64,000 nucleotides of DNA from an uncultured delta proteobacterium. GTDB lineage: Bacteria > Desulfobacterota > Binatia > UBA9968. The stretch is from positions 1-64,000 of the forward strand of contig CAWDPO010000042.1 of the NCBI GenBank assembly GCA_963804165.1, given 5' to 3'. The notes below the pieces were generated by a model that saw nothing but the letters and a program-made list of their open reading frames with translations, ran no database searches and had not been told where the DNA came from. Every line of letters begins with the position of its first letter. Positions within the stretch are counted from its first letter, which is position 1. Below are positions 10,611 to 21,671 of this stretch, piece by piece. The position numbers were made by a program, and so were the translations under genes.

Positions 10611-10653
10611 AAAACCTCTTCTTATCTTATCTTGGGTAAGTAAGGGGTTTTTT
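10611..10653 (+). terminator. intrinsic terminator, expression platform of SAM-I
   Basis: aaaacctctt...aaggggtttt stem followed by a U-tract; its cttatct can alternatively pair with the P1 3' strand agataggg. Confidence 0.8.
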
Positions 10654-10667
10654 ATTGGGTAAAGACG

Positions 10668-11462
10668 ATGAGCATCCGACTAACAACAGATCAAATCGAA
10701 CGCTATAGCCGCCAAATTATGGTTCCCGATCTCGGCGGTAAAGCGCAAATCCGCTTGCGACAATCACGGGTGCTGGTGATCGGCGCCGGCGGTTTGGGTT
10801 CACCCGCCGCGTTTTATCTGGCGGCGGCGGGCATCGGCACGCTCGGCATCGTCGATCCCGACAAAGTGGAATTGTCGAATCTGCAGCGTCAGATCCTGCA
10901 CGCGACCGCGGACATCGGCCGGCAAAAGGTGGAATCCGCCAAGGCTAAACTGAATAATCTGAATCCCGACACCGAGATCAAGACTTATCCCGTGCGTTTC
11001 GACGCTGACAACGCTGCCGCGATGGCCGCTGATTACAACTTCATCGTCGACGGCAGCGACAATTTTGATACGAAGTTCCTGGTCAACGACGTCGCGATTC
11101 AGCTCGGCATCGCGTTTTCCCACGCCGGCATCGTGCGGTTGCAAGGCCAGACCATGACTGTGCTACCCGGAAAGTCTGCTTGCTACCGCTGTCTCTTCGA
11201 TGCACCGCCACCGCCGGAAGAAATTCTGAATTGCCAGCAATCCGGCATACTCGGCGCCGTTGCCGGCACGCTCGGCACCATACAAGCGACGGAAGCGGTC
11301 AAATACTTGGCCGGTTTCGAAGAGGGATTACTCACCGATCGACTGTTGACTTACGACGCCAAGACCATGAAGTTTCACACCATTGAAATAAACCGGAATC
11401 CCGAGTGCGCGGCGTGCGGCGCGGCCAAAGCAACCGACTCGATCTCCTCGGCGCCGGTCTGA
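10668..11462 (+). CDS. moeB: MoeB/ThiF family sulfur-carrier adenylyltransferase, no rhodanese domain
   Basis: RYSRQ, GAGGLGS, DKVELSNLQRQ, DGSDN, CYRC and CAAC zinc motifs. Confidence 0.92.
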   Translation: MSIRLTTDQIERYSRQIMVPDLGGKAQIRLRQSRVLVIGAGGLGSPAAFYLAAAGIGTLGIVDPDKVELSNLQRQILHATADIGRQKVESAKAKLNNLNPDTEIKTYPVRFDADNAAAMAADYNFIVDGSDNFDTKFLVNDVAIQLGIAFSHAGIVRLQGQTMTVLPGKSACYRCLFDAPPPPEEILNCQQSGILGAVAGTLGTIQATEAVKYLAGFEEGLLTDRLLTYDAKTMKFHTIEINRNPECAACGAAKATDSISSAPV

Positions 11463-11487
11463 TGGGTCATCGACGAAAGGAATCCTC

Positions 11488-12754
11488 ATGAGCTTTGTCA
11501 TAGGACTTCAGTGCAGAGAATGCGGTCAGGAGTATCCGCAAGCACCGCTACACGTCTGTGAAAATTGCTTTGGTCCGCTGGAAATTCGCTACGACTACGA
11601 CGCCATCAAAAAATCCATTAGCAGAGAAAAGATCGCGTCACGCGACCGCAACCTTTGGCGCTACCGCGAGCTTCTGCCGATCGACGGCGAACCGCGCGTC
11701 GGGTTGTATTCCGGATATACGCCGTTGGTGCACGCCCACAGGCTGGGCGAGGTTCTGGGCGTAAAGGAATTGTATGTCAAAGACGACTCGGTCAATCACC
11801 CGACCTTTTCGTACAAGGACCGCGTTGTGTCGGTAGCGATTTCCAAGGCCATGGAATTCGGTTTCGAAACCGTTTCTTGCGCGTCCACCGGCAACTTGGC
11901 CAATTCCGTTGCCGCCCACGCAGCAAAGGCCGGCCTCGACTGTTACGTGTTCATTCCCGATGGACTCGAGCAGGGGAAAATCATCGGCTCGGCCATCTAC
12001 GGCCCTAAGACCGTCGCCATCAAGGGCAATTATGACGACGTCAATCGGCTGTGCAGCGAGATCGGCGACAAGTATGGCTGGGCTTTCGTCAACGTCAACT
12101 TGCGGCCTTACTATTCCGAAGGCGCCAAGACCCACGGCTTCGAAGTCGCGGAGCAACTCGGTTGGAAGCTGCCGCAGCATATCGTCGTCGCGTCTGCCGG
12201 CGGCACGATTTTGCCGAAATTGGCCAAAGGATTTAAAGAACTAATCAAGGTCGGGTTGGTGGAAGACACCGATTGCAAAATCTATTCGGCGCAAGCGGCC
12301 GGCTGCGCGCCGATCATTAACGCTCTGCACAAAGGCACCGATCTGGTCAGACCGGTGAAACCCAACACGATCGCCAGCTCGATCGCCATCGGCAATCCCG
12401 CCGACGGCTATTACGTCATCCAAGCCGTGCGTGAGTCCGGCGGCTGGGGCGAAAGCGTCACCGACGAGGAAATTCTCGATGGGATCAAACTGCTTGCCCG
12501 CACCGAAGGCATATTTACCGAACCCGCCGGCGGCACCGAAGTCGCCGTGACTAAGAAACTGATCGAACAGGGCCGCATTCCGCGCGACGAATCAATCGTC
12601 ATCAGTATCACCGGCAATGGTTACAAGACTTTGGAAACCGTCGCGAACAGCGTCGAGAAGCCTTATACGCATCAACGCCGACGTTGGCAGAATTTCGACG
12701 AGTTGTTCCGTCGGCTGAAGCCGGGCGTCGAGCGATATCGGCGGTGCCAGTTAA
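11488..12754 (+). CDS. threonine synthase-like PLP enzyme (possible O-phosphohomoserine sulfhydrylase); indel near C-terminus
   Basis: N-terminal CxxC/CxxC ribbon, PLP motif PTFSYKDR, CASTGN, IFTEPAGG, ITGNGYK. Confidence 0.88.
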
Positions 12755-12864
12755 GCTCGCTTGTGAAAATGGCGCGCCACATGGCGCCTTGCAAGGCGCA
12801 GGAATGACGGACTATTCTCAATTGGCCGGTCAATGTGTTATTGAACATTCTAAGGAGGATCGTT

Positions 12865-13145
12865 ATGTCGGTGCGAGTGCGTGTTCCAACCCCGCTCGTA
12901 AATATACCAAGGGCGCCGATGAAGTCAGTGCTCAAGGCAGCAACGTCAAATCGCTCGTCGACGACCTGGAAAAAAACTTATCCCGGCATCAAAGAACGGA
13001 TCTGCGACGAAACCGGCAAGGTGCGCCGTTTTGTCAACGTTTATGTGAACGGCGACGACATTCGTTTTTTGCAAAATCTCGAAACGGCGCTCTAAAAGAA
13101 GGCGACAATATTTCCATCGTGCCAGCGATCGCCGGCGGGCGTTAG
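12865..13145 (+). CDS. MoaD/ThiS/CysO family ubiquitin-like sulfur carrier; indels
   Basis: TAAGGAGG RBS; MSVRVRVPTPL, RRFVNVYVNGDDIRFL, C-terminal ISIVPAIAGGR. Confidence 0.88.
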
Positions 13146-13170
13146 ACTGATCGAATATTGGTGGACGACA

Positions 13171-14185
13171 ATGTCGCCGCAAACCTCGCCGAATTTGCGC
13201 CTGGTTCCAGCGCACCCGAACGCGCCGAAAAAGGTCGAATCGGCCCTCGATCTGATCGGCGACACCCCGCTTCTTGGAGATTCAGAGGATCACCGAGGGA
13301 CTTACCCGGCGGGCGTCAAAATTTACGCCAAACTGGAAGGCCTCAATCCCGGGAGGCTCAGTAAAAGACCGGCCGGCATGGCGGATGATTCAGGAAGGGT
13401 TGCGCACGCAGAAACTTCGAGACCGGCAAAACCATCCTCGATTCGACCTCGGGAAATACCGGCATCGCCTTGGCGATGATCGGCAGCTGTCCTGGGCTAT
13501 CCGGTGGAATTGGTGATTCCCGCCAACGTCAGCGTCGAGCGCAAACAAATCATCAACGCCTATGGCGCCAAAGTGATCTTTAGCGATCCGATGGAGGGTT
13601 CCGACGGCGCGATCCGTCTGTGCCGCAAGCTTCTCGAAGCCGATCCGGAGAAATATTTTAAACCGGACCAATACTTCAATCCGATGAATTCCCAGGCCCA
13701 TTATGAAAACACCGGACCGGAGATTTATCGCCAAACCAATCAAAACAGTCACGCCATTTCGTCGCCGGCATCGGCACCGGCGGCACGATCATGGGCACCG
13801 GCCGCTATTTGAAAGAAGTTAATCCATAAATCCAAGTGATCGCCGTCGAGCCGGACGATGCGTTGCACGGGCTCGAAGGGTTGAAACACATGGCCAGTTC
13901 CATCGTCCCGGGAATTTATCACGAGGAAGAACTCGACGGCAAAATTCCGGTGTCCACCGAAGACGCCTACTGCGATGGTCTATCGCTTGAGTCAGGAAGA
14001 AGGCGTGCTGGTCGGCCAGTCCTCCGGCGCCGCGATGTTCGCCGCGCTGCAAGTCGCGCGCAAACTTCGATCTGGCACCGTCGTGACGATTTTCCCCGAT
14101 TTTGGCGACAAATACCTGACGACTAATCTGTGGGTCGGCTGGCGCGATCGATGCCGCCGTAGGCAAACTGAAATTTTCGATTTAG
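13171..14185 (+). CDS. cysM: cysteine synthase family protein (CysM-like); multiple indels
   Basis: [50 protein letters not shown] across frames. Confidence 0.85.
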
Positions 14186-14191
14186 ACTTCG

Positions 14192-14458
14192 ATGGCGACA
14201 AAAGCAAAGTCAGATCACCGTGCGCGAGCGCGTTTATCTGACGTTTCCCAAAGATCTGATCAAAGAACCGGTTTTGAGCCTGTTAGCGAAGCAGTTCGAC
14301 GTCGATTTTCAATATCCGCAGCTCCACCGTCACATGCGGATATGGCGTTGGTGGCGTTGGAGATTGATGGCAAGAGAGTTGAAGTCGCGAAGGCGATCGG
14401 TTGGCTCAAAGGAAAAGGCGTCACCGTCGAGCCGATCGAAAAGAACGTGATCGAGTAG
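14192..14458 (+). CDS. stand-alone NIL domain protein; indels
   Basis: [27 protein letters not shown]....V...[10 protein letters not shown]...[21 protein letters not shown] fits the NIL (MetN C-terminal ACT-like) pattern. Confidence 0.8.
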   Translation: MATKAKSDHRARARLSDVSQRSDQRTGFEPVSEAVRRRFSISAAPPSHADMALVALEIDGKRVEVAKAIGWLKGKGVTVEPIEKNVIE

Positions 14459-14466
14459 CATTAAAT

Positions 14467-14930
14467 CTACTGCGCCGCGGCGGAAATCGACAAGACCAAA
14501 GAGCCGCCTTCATGAGGCGGCCCGCCCAGAATAAAATTTCCCTTGTTGGCAATCTTACCGTGGTGTCGATAAGCGGCTTATCGCCCTGGGTCAAACGAAC
14601 TTTTAGACCGATCCGATTATCTTGAAATTCCTGGGGCGCGACCGTCAGGGAGCGTCCGCCGGGATTTCAAACGCCTTGCTGCCCTGCCAAGGAATATTCT
14701 GGGTGTCGTCTTTCAACGAGCGGTAGGAACGGTACTTGAGAGGTTTGAGCTGCGTGCTCCATGCCCTTTGAGCTTGGATCGAACTCATCGTTTTTATTGC
14801 TCTGCCAAAATCGATCCGGATCGTCACTTGTACGGACTGAGGATTTTTATCCGCGCGCACACCGCCAGCCGGCCGACAACGATAAATGATAGAGGCTAAA
14901 AAGCAGGACCGGATTTCGCAGTTTCTTCGG
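14467..14930 (-). CDS. hypothetical exported protein, third gene of the ECF operon; indels
   Basis: Coding across frames: LKPLKYRSYRSL...KPLIDTTVRL...GGPPHEGGSLVLSISAAAQ; start uncertain. Confidence 0.55.
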
Positions 14931-15447
14931 CAGTTCTCATTTTCACCTTCTTGATTTTGATAGAGCCAAATGACCGTCGTCTTGGTTTCGTCTTCGCGTA
15001 AAAGCGCGACGTTGCGCCCATGGGCGTCGATCGACTCCACCGATGCAAAATTGCTTGCGTTCGACGCCACGCCGGCCATCCGGGAACTAGCGATCAACGA
15101 AACCACAGCACGAGCATAGATCGACCGCCGGCACCGCCCAAGCGAGACTCGGCGACGCGTAAATAAGACTCACGCGCCCGATCCAGCGAATCCTCATACC
15201 AGGCGCCGTTTCGCATCGATGCGATGCTGCACTTCGCGCCAGAAAGGCGCGAATTCGATCTGCGCCGCTTCGGCCATCAAGCAAGCTGCCGTCAGGGCCA
15301 GTTGCATTTTTTCCAAGCGTCGACGCGCCTCACCGCAGTCGGCGCAACTCGGCCACATGGCTGCGCACGGCCTCGCTGTCCGCCGGGCTCAATTCGCCGT
15401 CCAGCCAACGGCCGATGGATTCTCGCAATGTTTTCACATTCGCTCAT
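14896..15447 (-). CDS. zinc-finger (zf-HC2/ZAS) anti-sigma factor; indels
   Basis: MSECENI..SIGRWLDGELS...HVAECADC (Hx3Cx2C), TM segment, TTVIWL tail; overlaps the sigma stop codon. Confidence 0.78.
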
Positions 15448-15998
15448 AAAAAGGCGTTCAACTTATCTTGCAATTTTTTTCTCGCATAATGCAGCCGGCT
15501 CATCACCGTGCCCTCGGAACATCCAAGAATCTCGCCAATATCTTTATAAGAAAGCCCCTCAATCGTTCTCAATACGATGACGGCTTTGTGTTCCGGTGTC
15601 AAATCGTTGATCGCCTTGATCATGTTCTCGCGCAGCTCCCTGTCATGAACATCGGCAAACGGATCCTTGGCGACTTCGTTCTGCGCTTCCAACACCCCGT
15701 CCATAGTCTCGCGAAAGTCCAATGGATTTCTTTTTTGACGCCGCTGCGCATCGATCGCGATGTTAACGGCGATCCGATAAATCCAAGTGTAAAACGACGA
15801 GCCGCCTTGAAAGCTGTTGATTTTTCGAAACGCCCGAAAAAAAGTTTCCTGGGCGACTTCCAGCGCATCCTCGCGGTTGCGCAACAGCCCAAGGATCACC
15901 ATGTAAACCTTCTGATGATAGCGGGAGACGAGCTCTTGGAACGCACTCATCTCTCCCGCTTGGCACTTCTGAACCAGTTCCCAATCGCTCAACTCCAC
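15444..15998 (-). CDS. ECF RNA polymerase sigma factor (sigma-70 family)
   Basis: DALEVAQETF, SFYTWIYRIAVN, LSYKDIGEILGCSEGTVMSRLHYARKKL. Confidence 0.95.
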   Translation of the reverse strand: MELSDWELVQKCQAGEMSAFQELVSRYHQKVYMVILGLLRNREDALEVAQETFFRAFRKINSFQGGSSFYTWIYRIAVNIAIDAQRRQKRNPLDFRETMDGVLEAQNEVAKDPFADVHDRELRENMIKAINDLTPEHKAVIVLRTIEGLSYKDIGEILGCSEGTVMSRLHYARKKLQDKLNAFL

Positions 15999-16014
15999 AA
16001 TGATCCTGCCCTTT

Positions 16015-16041
16015 TAGACGCCGTCATAGAACGTTTATTCA
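16015..16041 (-). promoter_or_regulatory. candidate ECF autoregulatory promoter
   Basis: Minus strand TGAATA-N15-CGTCTA ending 16 nt before the sigma start; resembles ECF -35/-10 elements. Confidence 0.5.
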
Positions 16042-16071
16042 GCTAGTCAAACGACTCAATAGCATAAATCC

Positions 16072-16099
16072 TTGACGTTTTCGCGAATTCCTCTAGAAT
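16072..16099 (+). promoter_or_regulatory. sigma70-type promoter
   Basis: TTGACG-N16-TAGAAT upstream of the AAGGAGG RBS of the zinc-ribbon gene. Confidence 0.5.
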
Positions 16100-16159
16100 C
16101 ACACTGATTTCCTTGCATTTTTCGTCAATCGGTCGCACCAATTCGAAGGAGGATTTCCC

Positions 16160-17222
16160 ATGCTTGATTCAATGCCCGAATTGCCGGACAACCTACAGAG
16201 TAGCCGATGAAGTGTTCAGGGCTGCGGCACCGGCATTCCGTTGCTCGCGCTGCAAACACACCTTCGAACTCGGGTCGAGCGATGCACTCCGAGAACCGTC
16301 TCAGCCGGCGAGCGAGGAGAAACAGCCTGCAGCCAATTCGCACACCGGCCGCGGAGTTGAGCTTGCCTTTTGCGGCTAAAACCGGATCCGAGCGCCGCGA
16401 GCAGCGATCAGCAGAATGGAATTGATTGAAACGCCGACCGCAGCGATCGAGAGCATGGATATCGAAGCGCGCAGACCGGCGACCAGTGGTCGATCAGCGA
16501 CTCGATGAGGAGCCGATGATCAATCCATTCGTCATGCTCCGAGACCAGTCGCGCCCGCGAACGCAGAAAGACTCGATGAATCACCCAGCGATTTTCCGGC
16601 GGAACGAACCCGTATTTCGGGCAAGACTAGAAATCGACGAAAACTCCCACAACATTTTGACCGATCTCACCTTACTCGAACAACGGGCCTCGATCCTGCC
16701 CTTTATCACGCTGTTCGGCCTCTGGTGATCGGCTTTTCGCTTGCTCGCCGTGATCAGCCACGCCCATCCGCAAGGCACCGGAAAGCATCGTCAAAAAAAT
16801 CCCGCTCATCGGCTCAACCGTGCTCAAGAATAATCATTTAAAGGAAGGAATATTGATCAATCGCTGCGGCACGGATACCAGAACATTCAGGGTAACCGCG
16901 AAGTCTTAATGATCACCGGCGTCGCGCTCAATCAAAACCCGGTCGTGATACGGGAAATTCAACTGACCGGCAAGGTTTACAATCAAGGCGGCAAAGAGAT
17001 AGAGCAGCAGACCATCTGGGTCGGCAACACGATCTCGCCGAAAATAATCCGCGGCATGACGCCTGGAAGATATTCCCCATTTGCAGAGACCTGAAGCCGC
17101 TCAAGAGTTTCGAAATTCCTCCGGGGGACTCCATACCTTTCACGATCGTATTTTTGAAATCGACAAAGGGACGCCAAAGAATTCACTTGCGAAGTGGTGC
17201 ATCGCGGAAGGGCGAAGTTTAA
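16160..17222 (+). CDS. MJ0042-type zinc-ribbon / DUF3426-like membrane protein; many indels
   Basis: IQCPNCRTTY...FRCSRCKHTF, low-complexity linker, TM segment, C-terminal ITGVALNQN...IPPGDSIPFTIVF. Confidence 0.7.
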
Positions 17223-17239
17223 CCGATGGCGGCGCGCCA

Positions 17240-17418
17240 TTAGGCCTTGTCTGAATCGTTTTTTGGCGTGATATCGATCTCATCGGATTCGTTCACGCTT
17301 TGCGAAACTTCTTGATGCTTTTGCCGAGCCCTTCGCCTAGATCGGGCAGGCGCCGATTAAACACCACCAGGACGATCACCAGAATAATTAGGAGTTCGCC
17401 AATCCCCAGACCAAACAT
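17240..17418 (-). CDS. tatA: twin-arginine translocase TatA/TatE subunit; indel
   Basis: AGGAGG RBS; [41 protein letters not shown] then EIDITP tail. Confidence 0.9.
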
Positions 17419-17510
17419 GGAACCTCCTGTCGATCGCGGCGAAGCGCCAACGTGCAGGCGAAATTTCAACGCCTGCCTTGCCCTGCCGGGTAAGACGATA
17501 ATATACGATT

Positions 17511-18329
17511 GTGTCGTCCTTGAACACATCCCTGTGCGCGTTCTTCTTCGCATTGTCTCTGGCGATTCACGCCCTGGGATTCTTGGTTTATTACCCGATC
17601 GCCGGCGCTAATAGCGCCGCGAAGATCCGATCGCCGTATCACTCTTGCCCGCTCCGGAGAAAGACCGAGCCCGCGCCGCAACGGCCGCCTCGCAAGTTCG
17701 CCGCCACGCGTCCGTCCAGAGCACCGTCGATCAGTTGCAAAGAAGGCTTCGCCGTTAAGCAGCAAGAACACTCCTCCGGCGCAGCGAAAAACGGCCAGGA
17801 ATGAAAATCGCCAAGCGGACCCGATCCGCACGGTATCCCCACCGCGCCGCGTGAAACGGTTCCGGAACAAGAGCGTTGTTGTCGAGCGCCACTGCCGACG
17901 GTCAAGGAATTACTTCCCGCGGCGACCTGGTCATCGTCGAGCGCGCGTAGCGGCGCCCCGGTCAGTCTCAACACCAAGGACCCGTCTATGTCAGCTATTT
18001 CAACAAGATCAGGCAATCGATCGAATCCCAGTGGGAATACCCTGAACTGGCGCTGCGTTACGGCTTACAAGGCAGGCTTATCATTGGAATTTACCATCGG
18101 CGGCGATGGCCAACTGGAACAGTTGCGACTGATGCGATCTTCAGGATCTCAATTGCTCGACGAGGAAGCCATACGCGCGATCAAAGCGGCGGCGCCTTTT
18201 CCGCCGATCCCGTCGTGGATAAGACCCAATCCGCTGCCGATCTCGGCGTCGATGGAATACCACGACAATCGATTGAATTACTCGACCCTTTGCGCGCTGA
18301 ATATTGCGATAGTTCTTCCGGTCGATTAA
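17511..18329 (+). CDS. energy transducer TonB family protein; indels
   Basis: N-terminal anchor LSLAIHAL, Pro/Lys-rich linker, C-terminal WEYP...FTIGGDGQL...[23 protein letters not shown]. Confidence 0.75.
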
Positions 18330-18350
18330 CATTTCACGCCGATGCCTTCC

Positions 18351-19810
18351 TTAAGCCTGAGCCGCGGCTCCCAGACGGAGGACGGGTTCTTTTCGCGCCG
18401 CTCGCGCCTCGTCCAGTCGCCGGACCGGAGTCGAATAGGGCGCGTTTTTGACCAGCTCCGGATCATCTTTGGCTTCCTGGGCAATTGCCAGCATCGCGTC
18501 GATAAAACCGTCCAGGGTTTCCGGCGTTTCGGTTTCCGTCGGCTCGATCATCAAAGCGCCCGGAAACCACCAGAGGGAAAATAAATCGTCGGCGGATGGT
18601 AGCCATAGTCCAACAAGCGCTTGGCGATATCGAGGGTGGTGACACCGGATCTTGTGCTGCATACGATCGGTAAAAATGCACTCGTGCATACACGGCTCGT
18701 CATACGCGATTTGATAGCTCTTTCGAATTTCTTACGAATGTAATTGGCATTGAGCAGCGCCATCCGGCTCGCCTCTTCGAGTCCGTCGCCGCCGAGAGAA
18801 AGAATATAAGTATAAGCGCGCACGAGAATCCCGAAGTTGCCGAAGAACGAGCGCACCCGGCCAATCGATTTCGGGCAATCTTCTCGCAACTCGAATCGTC
18901 GCCGCTCTTGACGATGCGCGGCGCCGGCAAATAGTCGCGCGAGCGGCACTTTCACGGCCACCGGTCCCGCACCCGGCCCGCCGCCGCCGTGGGGGGTCGA
19001 AAAGGTCTTGTGCAGATTCATGTGCAAGACATCGATGCCCATATGTCCCGGCTTGGCGATGCCCATCAGCGCGTTGAGATTGGCGCCGTCGAGATAAACG
19101 CATACCGCCCTTTGCGTGCACGACTTCGGCGACCGCCTCGATATTGGTCTCGAACAAGCCCAGAGTGTTGGGATTGGTGATCATCACCGCGGCGACGTCT
19201 TCATCCATCGCTTTCTCAACCGCCGCTGCATCGATCACGCCGCGCTCGTTAGAGGAAATTTGGATCACGTCGTAGCCGCACAACGTCGAGCTCGCCGGAT
19301 TGGTGCCATGCGCGGTGTCGGGAACGATGATCTTCTTGCGCGGGTCGCCCTTTTCCGTCAAACAGGCGCGGATCAGCATCAGCCCCGTCAGTTCGCCTTG
19401 AGCGCCGGCGGACGGTTGCAAGCTGACGTGTTCCATCCCGCTGATCTCGGCGAGCATTGCTTCCAGATCGTAAAGCACTGCCAGCGCTCCTTGCAAAAAA
19501 TCGGGCGGCGCCAGCGGATGGACTTGCGCGAAACCGGGCAAACGAGCCACGATCTCGTTGATCTTGGGATTATACTTCATCGTGCACGAGCCGAGCGGAT
19601 AAAACTGGCTTTCGATGGCGAAGTTTCGTTGCGACAGGCGGGTGAAGTGGCGCAGCACTTCGAGCTCGCCCAACTCTGGAAAGCCCGCGATATCGCGGCG
19701 CAGCAAAGACGCCGGAATGGCATCCTCGACCTTACCGGGCTGCCGCGGCCACGCGACCGCGCTTCGTCCCGGGGAACCGCTCTCGAAAATAAGTTTCGGA
19801 TCAGCCGTGC
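18351..19810 (-). CDS. gcvPB: glycine dehydrogenase (decarboxylating) subunit 2; indels
   Basis: FYPLGSCTMKYNPK, QPSAGAQGE, HGTNPAS, HMNLHKTFSTPHGGGGPG, MIEPTETE. Confidence 0.93.
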
Positions 19811-19821
19811 GCGACCGCTGA

Positions 19822-21170
19822 TTACTCTGCAAGGGCAGCGACAAACCGCTCGATCTCCTCTCTCTCATTCATTTCGGTGACGCAGATCAACAAACAATCG
19901 GGCAACTCGGGATAGCACTTTTTCAACGCGATCCCAGGAACGATCCTGTTCGCGGCGCATTGCGAAAATAATTGCTCCACGTTACTTGCGCGCACGACGA
20001 ATTCATTAAAACACGGACCGCTAAAAAGCAGCTCAAGCTCGGCCGCCTCGCGCAACTTTCTCAGCGCTTCCTGGGCCCGCAGAACGTTAATCTCAGCCAG
20101 CCGGCGGAATCCGGACTTGCCTAGGAGCGCCATGAAGACGGTCGCGCCAAGGCGCAGAGCGTTTGACTGGTGCAGATATTTGATGTGGCCTTCTCGCGCC
20201 GAATATGTTGCTCGCGCGTCGCCAACGTCAAGACGAAACCGCGCCGTCCTTCCGTATCGACGGTTTCGCCGACGAGGCGTCCCGGAATATTGCGCACAAA
20301 TTTCTTCTGACACGCCAAAAAGCCAAACGCCGGCCCGCCGAGACTCATCGGTACGCCTAAACTCTGTCCTTCTCCGACGGCGATGTCGGCGCCGAATTCG
20401 CCCGGCGGCTTAAGCAGGCCGAGTGACACGGCTTCCGTGGTCACGGTGATCAATTGCGCGCCGGCATTCGTGCAAGCGGACCTGATCGGCGCCAGATCTT
20501 CGATCACGCCGAAGAAATTCGGATACCCGACCACAACGCACATCGATTGATCGTTCAAGCGTCGCGCGAGTTGGTCGATATCGGTTGCGCCCTGGCGTCG
20601 AAAGAGATTTCTTCCATTTGCATGTCGCCGAAGATTCTTAAGATAGGACGCTACGACCGCACGATACTGCGGATGGATCGCCCGGGATATCAACACGCGA
20701 CGCCGGCGCGATCGGTTGAATGCGGCGCGACATCAGCACCGCTTCAGCCGCCGCGGAAGCGCCGTCGTACACCGCCGCATTGGCTACTTCCATGCCCGTG
20801 AGTTGGCAGATCAGCGTCTGAAATTCGAACAGCGCTTGCAGGGTGCCTTGGCTCACCTCCGGTTGATAGGGCGTGTAGGACGTGGAGAATTCCGACCGTG
20901 AGATGATCGCGTCAACCGCGCTCGGAATAAAGTGATGGTAAATGCCGCCGCCGAGAAAAAAGCTCCAGTCGGAGCGTCGTGGCATTCCGCGCGGCCAGAC
21001 CGGCCAGCCGTTTGCGCACGGCCAGTTCGCTTAGACCTCGGGCAAGATCGATCTTGGCGCGCTCACGCAGCGTTTCGTGGAATATGCGGTAAAGCTCTTC
21101 GACCGAGACGAGTGCCGATCGTTCGAAGCATGCGTTCCTGGTCGGCCGCCGTATGCGGCGTATAGCGCAT
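19822..21170 (-). CDS. gcvPA: glycine dehydrogenase (decarboxylating) subunit 1; indels
   Basis: [49 protein letters not shown]. Confidence 0.93.
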
Positions 21171-21180
21171 AGACTCGCGG

Positions 21181-21640
21181 CTATTTTTCTCTTTCGTCTT
21201 CCTCTTCCTCGTCGGAATTCTCTTCGTCTTCTTCTTCGTCGTCGTCCTCTTCCTTTTGCTGCGAGACGTACTCGGCGTATTCTTCGGCGTCCATCAAATC
21301 TTTGAGATCATCTTTGTCGGACAACTCGACGCGGATCATCCAACCGTCGCCGTACGGATCATCATTGATGGTTTCCGGATTGTCCGGCAACACATCATTG
21401 ATCTCAAGCACCGTGCCGCTCACGGGGGCATAGACATCGGAAACCGCTTTGACGGACTCGACGGCGCCAAAGGGATCGTCCTTGACGACCTTCTCGCCGA
21501 CTTCCGGCAAGCTCAACATAAACGATGTCGCCGAGCTCTTCTTGCGCGTACTCGGTGATGCCGATCGTCGCGGTGTTTCCTTCGACCAGCACCCATTCAT
21601 GCTCTTTTGAATATTTTAGCCCTTCAGGAAACTCCATCAC
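21181..21640 (-). CDS. gcvH: glycine cleavage system H protein with acidic tail; one indel
   Basis: [10 protein letters not shown], lipoyl motif [22 protein letters not shown]. Confidence 0.93.
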
Positions 21641-21671
21641 TGACCTCCTTCAAGCTTTATGGCTGCGCCGC

